DNA from: Patellaria atrata CBS 101060
Taxonomy: Eukaryota
DNA length: 64,000 nt
NCBI GenBank assembly: GCA_010093705.1
Contig: MU006097.1
Location: forward strand, 135,905 to 199,904
Direction of reading: 5' to 3'
Every line of letters begins with the position of its first letter. Positions within the stretch are counted from its first letter, which is position 1. The notes under the pieces were generated by a model. It had not been told where the DNA came from. It worked only from the letters and a program-made list of their open reading frames with translations, and did no database searches. Shown piece after piece: positions 63,358 through 64,000 of this stretch. The position numbers and the translations under genes were made by a program.

Positions 63358-64000
63358 TCACACCCTAACCCCCCAAACACACAACCGCCCCATGCCCTCC
63401 GCGCCCCCAACCCACGCAAAGCAAACCGTAACTCTCAGAAACAGCAGCCGCGCTTCTAGGTACCGCAGCACCTCGGCGCTCGAGTTGACCAGCTGCTCCG
63501 GTGAGCGTCCGAGGAGCTGCGCCCACGCGGTCGGGGAGAGGATCAGTTTCCCCGCTGCCGTCGTGGCGGTTTCGTCAACGAGGGGGCCGAGCTGTGGGGT
63601 GTGAGGGGTGGTTGAGGGTATGGAGAGGGGAAGTATGGAAAAAGGGGGCGCTTACGAGACGGGGGTTCGTGCTTAGGGGTACGGGGCGCTCGCATTGTTT
63701 GCACGTTGCTGTGGTTGCGTTTGCGTAGAGGGGCACGCCGCAGCTACGGGGTCGGTTAGGGGGGTTGAACATAAGTGAGGGAAGGAGGGTGGAGGCGATC
63801 GGTACCATTCGGTGCACATGAGCATGTTGCGGCGGTGGAGAGACATGATGTTGAGTTCCATTATGATGGTGCTGAGGTAGCCTGTGAAGGTTTCTAACCG
63901 AATGAGCGTGTGTGGTGAGGGGTTGGGGAGTTAGGGTATCTTACCACCGGGGGCGGCTCTAATACTATGAGGAATTAGGAAGAGACTCCCCTTGTTGAGA
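63358..64000 (-). CDS. 3' part of an RPA1/MEIOB-like OB-fold protein with a C4 zinc finger (runs off window)
   Basis: Spliced reading ..AAPG|ETFTGYLSTIIMELNIMSLHRRNMLMCTEC|CGVPLYANATTATCKQCERPVPLSTNPRL|LGPLVDETATTAAGKLILSPTAWAQLLGRSPEQL...LLFLRVTV...GRLCVWGVRV*; canonical GT/AG junctions. Confidence 0.72.

Noticed and set aside
1..64000. Intact transposon, CRISPR array or rRNA
   Set aside because: No transposase, RT or integrase motifs, LTR/TIR pairs, spaced repeats or rRNA signatures seen by eye.

Overview
Intron-rich genomic DNA from a filamentous ascomycete (Pezizomycotina-type GT..AG introns with CT(A/G)AC-like branch points), so the ORF track splits most genes. About 18 protein genes can be rebuilt by eye, in order: VAC8, an uncharacterised Cys/His-rich protein, PRP19, a SIM+RING (STUbL-like) protein, PHS1, a HET-domain protein, a small GPI-anchored Kre1-like protein missed by the ORF track, a GH16 hydrolase, a CDC25-type RasGEF, a C2H2 + fungal-TF-domain regulator, an Ldb19/Art1-like arrestin, a PAP2/IPC-synthase-like membrane protein, the class I G-alpha (FadA/GNA-1 type), an Mtc2-like protein, a HAD phosphatase, PSD2, DSN1/Mis13, and the 3' part of a MEIOB-like OB-fold gene. 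Three gene-poor intervals (about 22.5-26.2, 32-40.6 and 42.2-47.7 kb) hold decayed coding-like frames, two RFX X-box-like palindromes and GTAC clusters. No intact transposon, rRNA, tRNA or CRISPR array is supportable. I found no clear-cut novel multi-gene system. The best leads are a stop-free 3n intron right after the DSN1 Aurora B motif, the HET/Kre1-like/GH16 trio, an orphan Myc-like phosphodegron segment upstream of CDC25, and the paired X-boxes. All gene identities come from recalled family motifs, not from searches.
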